A stretch of 60,545 nt of DNA, filler included, from Dugesia japonica (Eukaryota): assembly GCA_001938525.1 (NCBI GenBank). It is 6 parts of 6 records of this genome, joined end to end, with 100 filler letters (N's around TTAATTAATTAA, not from the genome) between each part and the next. Parts side by side here need not be neighbours in the genome. Positions count along the whole stretch, not along the records: positions 1 to 10,311 come from MQRL01612613.1; 5 more parts are not named here. The stretch is one strand, 5' to 3'. Each line of letters opens with the position of its first letter. Within the stretch, counting starts at the first letter, position 1. Positions 1-10,411 of the stretch are shown here, piece by piece. The notes beneath the pieces were generated by a model. The model saw nothing but the letters and a program-made list of their open reading frames with translations. It had not been told where the DNA came from and made no database searches. The translations under genes were made by a program, and so were the position numbers.

Positions 1-39
1 TACTGCATTGGTGTATTATACCGAGAACGTAACTTTTTT

Positions 40-175
40 TACCTTTTGTCTCCTGCAATGGCACCACACGTCTATAAATAACAACTCAAAAATGTCGGCT
101 GGCTGTATCACTTTCGTTTCATCATTCGTTTTTGTTGTCAACACTTTAGCCTTTTGGCTTGTTATACATCTTTGG
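40..175 (-). mobile_element. Ty3/gypsy integrase fragment
   Basis: CITSQKAKVLTTKT...FELLFIDV, closely matching the gypsy copies at 30290-30380 (-) and 37630-37735 (+). Confidence 0.8.
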
Positions 176-1357
176 AGGGTCAGGAAAGGGTAAAAAAGAT
201 TAGACCAATGAGAAGCCATGAAAAAAGTAAGGAATAAAGAATAGGCACCAATAGACACAAGGAAAGTCATAGAAAAATTCAAAAATGGATGAGAAAAACT
301 AATAAACAATCTTGGAGAAAATCTCAAAATATTGGTTCAATTAGAACCAAGGAAGTATATAAACCCCCCAAAGTTTAGCAGAAAATGTCTAATTTTGTAG
401 TAATTCTAGTGTCAAGCATTTTAAAAGAATTAATACTACTACGGTTCATCAATTTGCGTTAAAGCTTGGTCAGTTATCATAGTAGTCATATTAGGCTCAG
501 TTAACTGTATTTCTGTTATACGTGATTTCGACCGGCTATTCTTCAGACAGATTAGCTGAAAGACTTTAGGAATCACAACTGCAATTCCAACTAACTTTTA
601 CAATTAGCATCACCATGATATTATTAATCACAATGGTAAATTTAACCAAAATAGCTCGTTCACCAGTTAGTTTATAACGTCACCATGCATTCATCACTGC
701 CTCTGGTATTGAGATTTAACTAACACCACGAGCTAGTTTGCCAAACACACCTACGACTTTTCACTATCTCTTATACATGTAAACCGCAGGTATGTTACTC
801 TGAAGCAAGAATTAGTCATGATAAACATCGGATTATACAGTAGGCTTTAATGGATAATTTCCAAAGGACAAATTACTGTGTCACGGTCAGTCAGTCTGGT
901 GCAAAATTATAAGAGATTAATTATATAATAATAACAATTACCTATTGTAGATTGTGTTTTTGGCTGAAATTTCATTGTAAACTAATAAAATAATTGTTCG
1001 CATCGCCATAAGTTCCATAATTTAACATCATTCTCCTAGAGCAAAGTTGCTGTCCTAATCAATATTGTTATTCTCAGCGACAGTTTTAACGTTTCTTTTG
1101 GATTTTATCATGGCTAATTAGTTCTAGTAATTATCATTAGATCCGTATTATTGTATCAACTTTTTATTATTAATTCCAGCGATGACTCCNNNNNNNNNNN
1201 NNNNNNNNNNNNNNNNNNNNNNNNNNNNNNNNNNNNNNNNNNNNNNNNNNNNNNNNNNNNNNNNNNNNNNNNNNNNNNNNNNNNNNNNNNNNNNNNNNNN
1301 NNNNNNNNNNNNNNNNNNNNNNNNNNNNNNNNNNNNNNNNNNNNNNNNNNNNNNNNN

Positions 1358-1422
<65 letters not shown>
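1358..1422. repeat. (TAT)n microsatellite; further (AAT)n runs at 27497-27557 and 28559-28590
   Basis: Direct trinucleotide repeats abutting assembly gaps. Confidence 0.95.
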
Positions 1423-1426
<4 letters not shown>

Positions 1427-3282
1427 TCTTATTATTGTCGAATTTATTATCGTTATTATTGTCAATTTGATTATTGCAAGTATTGCCATTATTATTATTA
1501 TTAACATTAACTACTGTTTTCTATGAATACGACGAATATCCCCATTAAACTCGTCATTATCGGCATTGCAAAATGAATTAATCTCATTGGTAACCGGTTC
1601 AAACTATGAATTATATGCACTATTGCCATTACTAGCNAAGCCATATTCATTATCGACGTACTAATACTAGTAATTCTAGTATCTCCAATATTATTCCTGT
1701 TGTGATTAGGGTTAACCTCATTATAATGTTTTCATTACTATTATTGTTCCAAAATCATGGTCAATCGTAAGGTTATAATGAGTTTCGCTGTTATTAATGA
1801 CTAATTTTGAATCTGCTTGCCATCACCATGAGATCCTGTTGACACTACTACCATTTTCTCTTACTCTCGATGCGAAACTATTGAATAAATTATGTCTTTT
1901 TGTANTGAATCCTGAGACAACCGCGATTACTTTCGTCTGGAAGTCATTCCCACTCGATGAAGGAACTAAAATAAATAAACCCGTAACGAATCCGCCTAAT
2001 TTGTGCATAGGAGTGTTCGTGGTTAATTATAACTTACCCCTGTCGAACAAGAAGTTAAGCGGGCGTCAGACACCTATTAGCAAGAGTTTGATCGTAACTG
2101 GCATCCCGAGTATGCTAGCTTCTCAGATCCACAACAATCTCCCTGTATGGTTTACATAGGAGATTGAAAAAACTACTGGAGTGAGCAGTACACCATTTAA
2201 GCTATTCTGACGTTTGATGTTTAGTGTTTCATTAAATAAAATCCTAATGTCTAACAGAAATAAATCGTCCTTCAATTTTTGTCTTGATCACAAGCTGGTT
2301 TAAGATAATCTTATTTTTATCTTATAGTGCCTGAATATGGCTGGAGATTAGTCCTTGACGTAACAAATCGCATGTAATTCCATCGGGTTAAGAACCCCTA
2401 TCACCGCGACGGGAGCATCCTAGTGGATAGGTCAAATTTACCACCCTTGGAATTAATTGAGCAACGTCGAATGGATGTTGCCTAACGCTGGCTATATCAA
2501 CATTGGCCCGATCGAGGAAGACGGGAAGTCCGAGCGCCCTCTATTCCTGCATCTCCAACATTATGAGGTGACGGAGATTTCAAAAATTATGAATAANCCA
2601 ATGTTTTTCTTTAATATAATTTAGTAATTCGCCGACTTGATTTTCTCTATTAATAGGACTAAGAGTTTATACATGCGTTCGTTTTGTATTGGCTGCTTTC
2701 ATTAATTTTGGTTTTTTTCATTGAATAACTCCTCTCATTCTCGATCCATCGCTCTAAATAAGAAATTGAGGGTTGACAGTGAAAACTCCAAGATGACATG
2801 GGGTCTATATCGCTTGGCAAAACTAAATTTCGAGGCCCATGTAGCAGATGAGAAGGCTTAGAATAAAAGATATAAGCAACGGTGTAAAGACTATTGAATT
2901 AAAGCAGAAATATCTCATTCTTAAGAAAGTGCCTGGAAAGCTCAATTGAAGTCGTTTGCAAGTATCATTCGCTCTTTACACGACCATGAAAACAAGCTGG
3001 TGTGATAAACTAACGTTCGGAAACGGGTGCCAGTAGAGCCCCTTCTTATAGATAAATCCACGGTTTTGATTTGAACTTCAATGGTCTCCATTAAATTAAT
3101 TACTCATCTAATTAATCGAATTATTAAAACATTTTACGAAATAATTATACCTTTTCATATCGTAATTTTCAATTTTCGTACCACGAGTTCGACTCCCAAA
3201 TAGCATTTGCCAATGTCATAAACTACTTCAAAAATTCATCATCTAGCGATACTATGCTAAGAGATGTAAACGAACATTATTT

Positions 3283-3540
3283 CGTTACATATCACAGAAA
3301 AATAGATTGATAAAGAAAATTGAGCTCGTTTCTAAGAAGCAATTAGAGATTGCAAACCTTACGGTTAATCAGTTGTTTAATAAAGTCAATTTCTTGACAC
3401 AGTATATTTTTTATTTAACTGCTAGGCATAGTATCGAGACCTTGGCAACTTGGAATAGTAAAAATGATGAGACCGCGTTTGGTTTCACAGACGACGCGTC
3501 AGTTCAGTAGGACTACTATGAATCGTTTAATGTCTTGTAA
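3283..3540 (+). pseudogene. Decayed small coiled-coil ORF of unknown function (module gene C)
   Basis: ...KVNFLTQYIFYL...W...FGF...Q*..E...L* aligns ungapped with the minus-strand ORF at 40439-40660. Confidence 0.7.
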
Positions 3541-3559
3541 ATAAATTTCATTGCTAATT

Positions 3560-3768
3560 AACTATTCTCTGTCTTATAATAACATAAAGAGGAAATGTTG
3601 AACCCGAACTAAATGAGTGCGAGTTTGAACTCTAGCTACGAATTGAGAGTCAATGGCTCCACTTCGAAAATCTAACTAAGGACATCAGATAAATTCTTCG
3701 AGGGTTTCCGCTGAGGACTGCGTTACCCCAGTCACATTTTGTTCGACACCAACTCAGATGGAGCCCTA
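3560..3768 (-). pseudogene. Decayed unknown ORF convergent with gene C (module gene D)
   Basis: VTGVTQSSAETLEEF; nucleotide and peptide similarity to 40196-40265 (+) VTGEKQSSGEPFQEF. Confidence 0.5.
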
Positions 3769-3891
3769 AAATAAGTAATGTTTGAAATGAATGCAAAAGT
3801 AATAAATTTTAAGTAATTATTTTCACGTAAGTAGGTAGATGTGGGCGCACTGGCACACTATGAGTTATCGAACCCGCCTTCGGGGGAGGAG

Positions 3892-3951
3892 GTTGTGCTT
3901 GAATGTGTTCTTGAATTTGTGCTTGAATTTGTGCTAGAACTTGTGCTTGAT
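3892..3951 (+). repeat. 12-bp tandem repeat (TTGTGCTTGAAT-like) x5
   Basis: ttgtgcttgaat/gtgttcttgaat/ttgtgcttgaat/ttgtgctagaac/ttgtgcttgatt read directly. Confidence 0.85.
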
Positions 3952-4002
3952 TTGATTGATTGGTTAGTGACTGGAGATCTAGTTTTTTTAATTTTAAAAT
4001 AA

Positions 4003-4150
4003 TTTGGCGGGAAATTTAAAAACAATTTTTATTTTGGCGGTCGGTTCAAACAAAATATTTTTCTAAGCAAGGATCATGTGTCAGTGCGCACATTACAACC
4101 GTATACTTTACTAGTTATCGTGAATACAATTTTTTTTGGCGGGGAAATTT
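4003..4150 (+). promoter_or_regulatory. Cluster of E2F-consensus-like sites (TTTGGCGGGAAA, TTTGGCGGT, TTTGGCGGGGAAA)
   Basis: Three TTTGGCGG cores within 150 bp of otherwise very AT-rich DNA. Confidence 0.5.
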
Positions 4151-4804
4151 TAAAATTAAAACTTTTCTTTGAAAATTTGTTTTGAAAAATAGTTTTTCAA
4201 AAGTTTTTATGAAATTTTTTTCAAGTATTTTTTTAATGGTTTTATGAGAATGATTGTTATTAGACTTGTGATTAAAAATTATTGTTCATGTAATTTTGAA
4301 TGATGTGTGTTGCTTAATAGTTACATCTGAGTTGCATCTGAGTTTCTTCCTTATTAGAATTTTAATATTTTTAGTATATTTTAATGGTTTCAGAAGTTTC
4401 GTGCTTTGTGTGTTGCGGCTTTACTGCATCTCTGTTGCAATCTTATTGTAATTATATGTATATATTAATTATAAAAGAAAAAACTATTTACGTTAATATA
4501 CATATAATTATACAACATTTATTTTCTTCTTTGATTTTTTCTTCATCTCAAATGTTTTACCATTGATTCCAAGTATTTTTCTGTGCAATCTAGAACTAAT
4601 AATAATATANNNNNNNNNNNNNNNNNNNNNNNNNNNNNNNNNNNNNNNNNNNNNNNNNNNNNNNNNNNNNNNNNNNNNNNNNNNNNNNNNNNNNNNNNNN
4701 NNNNNNNNNNNNNNNNNNNNNNNNNNNNNNNNNNNNNNNNNNNNNNNNNNNNNNNNNNNNNNNNNNNNNNNNNNNNTTTTTCAGTCTTCAATCAGAACTA
4801 TACA

Positions 4805-5167
4805 ATGAATTATCCAGATAACCTATCACGCTGTATAGTGAACAGGTCAGAAATCCTAAAAATTCATTGCAATCTAGATCCGTTTATGCCACCGATGACA
4901 GAAATCTCAAACAATGAGATCTTAATATATAGATACAAGTTAGAGAAGAAATTGCAAAAACGACTTCATGCATTAATAGAAATACAAATTCTGGACAGTT
5001 TAGTTGTCTTGCGAAAAGAAGAATGCAAGGAAAAATTGAAATTCGATTCAAAGAAATTTGAAAATATGAAATTTCTTATGAAAAATATGGTAATGTTTTT
5101 TAATCTTAATCCGTCAACAAGAGAAGAAAAGAATTGCAAACAGATTAAACTTCGATTGTACGTATAA
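4805..5167 (+). CDS. Hypothetical ~120-aa Lys/Glu-rich ORF, probably element-derived
   Basis: Open frame MNYPDNLSRC...KLRLYV; no recognised motif. Confidence 0.25.
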   Translation: MNYPDNLSRCIVNRSEILKIHCNLDPFMPPMTEISNNEILIYRYKLEKKLQKRLHALIEIQILDSLVVLRKEECKEKLKFDSKKFENMKFLMKNMVMFFNLNPSTREEKNCKQIKLRLYV

Positions 5168-5539
5168 AAGTCCAGAAATAATTGATAGCACAAAGGCTAA
5201 TATAAAAGTACAAGCTTTTTCTATAGCTTTAGGAAACAAATGTCTAGTTATTAGATATCACAATAATGGTAATTTTCTAATTTATATTTAAAAAATATTA
5301 TTTATTAATTTAGATCCGGTCTGTCAAACAAAAACTGTAAATTATCATAATGTTGTATGGTTATAAAAAACATTCCTTTTCATTTGTTGTTATCTGTTGT
5401 TATTTTATGTAATGTTATTTATTTTAAAGCTCCTGTTAACCGCTCTCCCTTTTTAATTTTCTCCCAAATTTTACTTCAATATTACAAATGTAATTTTCTA
5501 CTTTTCATTAGTTTCACAATCGAAGTTTCGTACAAGCTG

Positions 5540-5900
5540 GTTTCCAAAAGTCTTCTGGATATCTATTAACCCCAATCAGATTTGGTGTCACTAATTCAGC
5601 AACTAACAAAGCAGCCTATTTAAAAACTTCTTCCATTATCACTCCAATTCTAACTTTCCCAACAATTTCAAGTGGACTATAATTTGCACAACGTTATCTT
5701 TTACCACTCATTTCTAAATGTAGTTCTCGTAATTTATTAAAACAATTCAATCTCCTAACGTTAATTCGAGTCCCTGTATTTAATAGACATTCAATTTTAT
5801 TTGCTTGAATTGATACAATAGCATTTGTTCTTCCTTGCAAAATATTTGTTTCCTGTTCTGTTTCAATTTTTTCAACCTTTTCTACTTTTCTATCATCCGT
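5540..5900 (-). mobile_element. Ty3/gypsy aspartic protease remnant
   Basis: LQGRTNAIVSIQANKIECLLNTGTRINV...CANYSPLEIVGKV parallels QGRPSIAVEIQGVNVDCLLDTGRRINV...CANNSPLEI at 44587-45039. Confidence 0.75.
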
Positions 5901-7271
5901 AAAATTTTTCCTCTTTAAGAACTTGTATACTTATTCTGTAACTTTCCCGATATCATCCAACTTTATGACTCATTGAGAATAATAACTCACTTCATTTACC
6001 AATGGATTCCTCCAGCCAACTCATCTAATGAGAGATGGTATCAATCTGTATTCTATAATTTAACCAATTTATAATTTTGAACTGTTTTGTTTAGTTGATT
6101 TTATTTTAATATTACAATATTTAATATTTATTTTAATATTTAATTGATTGCCTATTTAGTTGAAATTAATTCTTTTGCAACATATTCTACTTAATTATTT
6201 AGATTTTATTTCTACTGATTTTATTTGATTAATTAAAAAATTCGCTTATTTTACTAGTTTCAATTATGATTTTACATAATTTATTAAATGTATCCATTTA
6301 TGATTTTAATAATGTCATTTGTTGATTAATGCAGACATTTATGAATTTATTTGGTTACCAAATCTTAGTTAATTATTTAACGGATTTCATTCGATAAAAT
6401 TAAATAAAAATTTGTTGTTCATAAAATTTAATATCGTTGGATAAATCATGAATGTAATAAAATGTATTTCACATTTATATCTATTACATTTCGTTAATAA
6501 TTTCTAACATAAATCGCCTAAATACATTTATATCATTTACTTTAAATAACAACGAAAATTTGACAATCAAAATAAAAGCGGGATAAAGTATACTTTATAA
6601 AGAAGAATTATAATCACATTAATGTGAAGCAAATATCAATAATTAAGCAATGATCCAAGTTAGCGATAAAGTATTTCTAAGTTAATCGTTAGTGTAGTTT
6701 TAATGTTTAATTCTAAATATATATATTACATTATCCCGCATAGATTCAGGGTAAATGTACTGTCAATTTGTACTGTCAAATTTCAGCTGGTTTCAGGTTA
6801 TCTATCCCTAATGTATAGAACTATGAAGAAGATTTAATCGGAAGGCATAGGAACATTAGCTGGAGAGTGAAGTAAATAAAACCTTGAAGCTCAGCAATAT
6901 TAACATATAAATAAAGTATATAGTAAGCTATTAAATGAAATTTTAAAAATACTTTACTAAGTTTAATTACAATAACAAAATTTTGTATTACAACTGAATG
7001 TATCATGTTATGATTTTTGCTAAAATAAACTTTGGTTGCAAATGACTAAATGTATAACTTAAAAGTCTAAAGATATGACAAACTACTAAGCTATTTATAT
7101 TAATTTTTGAGCATTCATTAAAACAACATATGTTTTCACGAACAAATTTTCCACAAAGTCTACTTAACAAACATTAAAAAATTTGTGAAATAATAAAACT
7201 TTACAGTTATATTAATAATAGAAATTTCAATAAAATAAACTTAACATAATAAATAACAAATAATTTTCAAA

Positions 7272-7800
7272 TCGGTCTACATGCATTTCATATAAAACTT
7301 TTTCATAAAAAACATTTTCATATAAAACTTTTACATATAAAAACTTTTTATATAAAACTTTTCATATACATTTTTTTATATAAAATTTTACTTTTCAGAA
7401 GCATTTTTGCCGCCTGATTCCAGGCTTAATGATACTGATAACATTTAATCTTCTATTCTGAACTTGAATTTCTGATAAGAAGTTCTCATATTTGTTTAGA
7501 TGGAATATTTGACACTGTTCCTTAACTTGAGTGAAAAATTGATGTTCCAGAATGGCATTTCTAAAAAAGTTGTGAAGCAGTCATTTACAAGAAATCATTT
7601 TTGAATAAAAATGCTATGAACCAATATTTAATATAAATCACATTGATATCTTATACTGTTTTCTTCTGATTTCAAATGAAAAATATATAACCGTTATTTG
7701 ATAACCTGATACATGAAATAGTTTCTGCTAATTACTGGTACACAATTCCTTGAAGAAATTTTAACAATATAATGAAATTGGTAAAACATATGATATATTA
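7272..7800 (+). mobile_element. MULE (Mutator-like) DNA transposon remnant with repetitive terminus
   Basis: Degenerate TTTCATATAAAAC tandem units at 7285-7390, then ICLDGIFDTVP resembling the MULE DGTFxTVP motif. Confidence 0.5.
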
Positions 7801-8375
7801 ATGGACTTCAGTTTATGTTAGTATGAAAAAGTGTAATATTATTGAGAAAGTGCCTATTTCAGTTTAGAAAATAATGAATTTTAAGATTAAACATGCACAA
7901 TTTTATTATTGTTCACTTAACACACTCTGTAAATGAATCTCAAGTTATAACAGTTGTTACTGGTAATTAAATTTCTGTAGTCAGAGTATTAAAACATATA
8001 AAAGTCGAATAAATATAATTAATTAGTAAAAAGACTTTATTTTCATAGGTCTAAAAAATACAAACAGTATTTTCAACATTTTTCTTGCAAAAACTAATGC
8101 TACTTTTGAACGAATAACCTTCAATTTTGTGTTTGAAAATATCAATCTAGTAATACTTTTGTTGATAATAAAAGTTTATATTTTAATTTTCAATTTTTCT
8201 AAAAATTTAATTGAACATTAATTTTACGGTAATTTCTTAAAATTCATAACATCAATATTGTAAAAATTTTAATTATAACTAATAAAATTATTAATAGTAT
8301 AATTATCGACTTTAATTGATTTATTTTTTATTAAAATTGTAGATTTTTAAGCCAATTACACAATTATTAAACTTA

Positions 8376-10311
8376 ATGAATTGGCTATTTCCATATTCCT
8401 ATATTTATNTAACTTTGTTTCTTCTTGGAATAATTCCTCCTCTTCCTCATATTAATGGATATACTCACTGGATAGTTACACAACATGGTATGATTGAACC
8501 ACTAACTACAAGTTATTATCATTTACGACAATCATGGAATCTTATAAAACTTATTCAACAAGAACAAAACTTTGAATTTATCCAACAAATTGAGCTCAAA
8601 TTGAATCAAGTATCAAATGATTTGCAGGCAAATCAAGATTATCAAAATAAAGTCCAAAAATATTATGTTGATTCTGACAGCGCTTGCGTTAGAGCCAGTA
8701 AACTACTATCCGAATTCGATCTGCATTCCAATCACATTCTTACTCTCGAAGCGAAAGGTATTAAAACTCTTGATTATTTGCAAGAGGAAAATCTTGAGCT
8801 CTCTCAACCTAATCAGTTACAACAACCCTTGTGCCAATCGATTTTCAATCAAAATTTCTCAATGTGCTGCTTTGAACATTTAGAGATATTGCGTAACCGA
8901 TCATTATTTGAGGGTGTACCAGAGATATCTCTATATAAAATTGCTTTACCGCAGCATTTAACACCGTCGGAATATGGACATTTAGTTGCATTATCACTTG
9001 CAAAGAATTCCAATGACGCAACACGCAACTGGATACTTTATAATATGGCTGCATTTTATTGGCGCGTGAAAGGATCCGCCAGAAATGCTATTGAGTGCTT
9101 GCGTGCTGCGTTGCATACTTCACCATGGCAATATCAGGATATAGCTTTGGTTAGTCTAGCTAATGTGATACAACTTATCAAAACTGCTTCATTAGATGCG
9201 GTTATATTGATGAAGAATGCCATTTTTGTTAGCCCTGAGTTTGCAAGTCATCACATAATATTGGGAAATATTTACGCTAGTTTCGGTCAATTTAACAATT
9301 CACTACATCATTATCAGCTTGCTGCTGTACTCCATAAACCATACCGAGATAAAATCAAGTTAAAAGATATTGAAGAGCGAATATTTGCAGCTCGATGTAG
9401 CTTAGAGTTGAGTATGGCAATTGTTACTCAGCAAAATAAACTCGACAAACAGTTAGAAGAACTAGAATCCTTTCAGACCGAGACTAATCGTTATCAAGAT
9501 GTAAAGATATCATTGAGTCATGAGAGCGAAAGTAATTTAACGCAAATTAAAAGACAAAATCTTTACGAAACATCCGATTATTTGAGAACAATACAAGAGA
9601 CTCAATGTTTAATATCTGATTCATTATCACAAAAGGAATTGTTATGTGAGCCGGGAACTGAATATCTCATATCTAGTTTATTTGAAAATACAAAACCGTT
9701 ATTTAGTAAACCAATAAATCGTATATATACACAATATAAAATCACAGAAAATCAATTCTTGCGTCCGTCGCGATCTCGTGTGTATAAGTATCTAAAAATG
9801 GAACAATACAAATCCCATAGTCATGCTACAATCAATGAATCAATTTGTAAACAACTAAAATGTCAATATTACGATTCTCCATCTTCTAATGTGCATTTAT
9901 CAATTTATTTATCTCCTAGTAACAAGGGATTTAATTTAGATAATTTATTGACTAAACAACAACATCTCTCTGTACATAATGAGCATCCTTTACCATGGCA
10001 TCCTCCGTATTGTTCGGTTTATGTTAACACCACTAATCTTCTTTCTGATGATCTTATTGACAATCTTGAATCCCTTAAATATTATAACCTTGTTAAATAT
10101 CACGATATCGATATACCTCATTTCACAGATAAGAGATTATTGCATGACCTATTAAAACTGGTTCACGGAGTCAATATGAAATTAGAAGATATAGGACAAA
10201 GAATTGTTACAGCCATCAAACAACAGTTAATTTCACATTGGATTATGTTCAACATAGCTGGTCTCTATTGGAGCGTTATGGGCAATGTTATTCATGCAAT
10301 AGAATGTCAGC
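8376..10311 (+). CDS. TTC17: Tetratricopeptide repeat protein 17-like, N-terminal ~645 aa, single exon, truncated by linker
   Basis: Hydrophobic leader then THWIVT..G.I; repeated WILYNMAAFYWRVKG.A.NAIECLR and WIMFNIAGLYW...GN...AIEC motifs; DIALVSLANV; TPR region. Confidence 0.85.
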
Positions 10312-10411
10312 NNNNNNNNNNNNNNNNNNNNNNNNNNNNNNNNNNNNNNNNNNNNTTAATTAATTAANNNNNNNNNNNNNNNNNNNNNNNNNNNNNNNNN
10401 NNNNNNNNNNN
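10312..10411. other. Artificial contig linker N44-TTAATTAATTAA-N44 (identical copies at 18683-18782, 28459-28558, 40662-40761, 50571-50670)
   Basis: Five identical 100-bp spacers with a six-frame stop 12-mer; genes are cut off at them. Confidence 0.97.

Noticed and set aside
380-1190. Frames that read well if TAA/TAG=Gln and TGA=Arg (alternative genetic code or C-to-T hypermutation)
   Set aside because: Stop density (~1 per 12-14 codons) is about what random DNA of this composition gives; both strands read equally well; intact genes in the window use the standard code.
1148-1526. Poly-Ile and poly-Tyr ORFs, and poly-Leu at 27475-27726
   Set aside because: Translations of (TAT/AAT)n microsatellites and N runs.
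10356-10367. Recurrent TTAATTAATTAA palindrome as a biological site
   Set aside because: Always centred between two N44 runs, so it is a synthetic linker; no synteny should be inferred across it.
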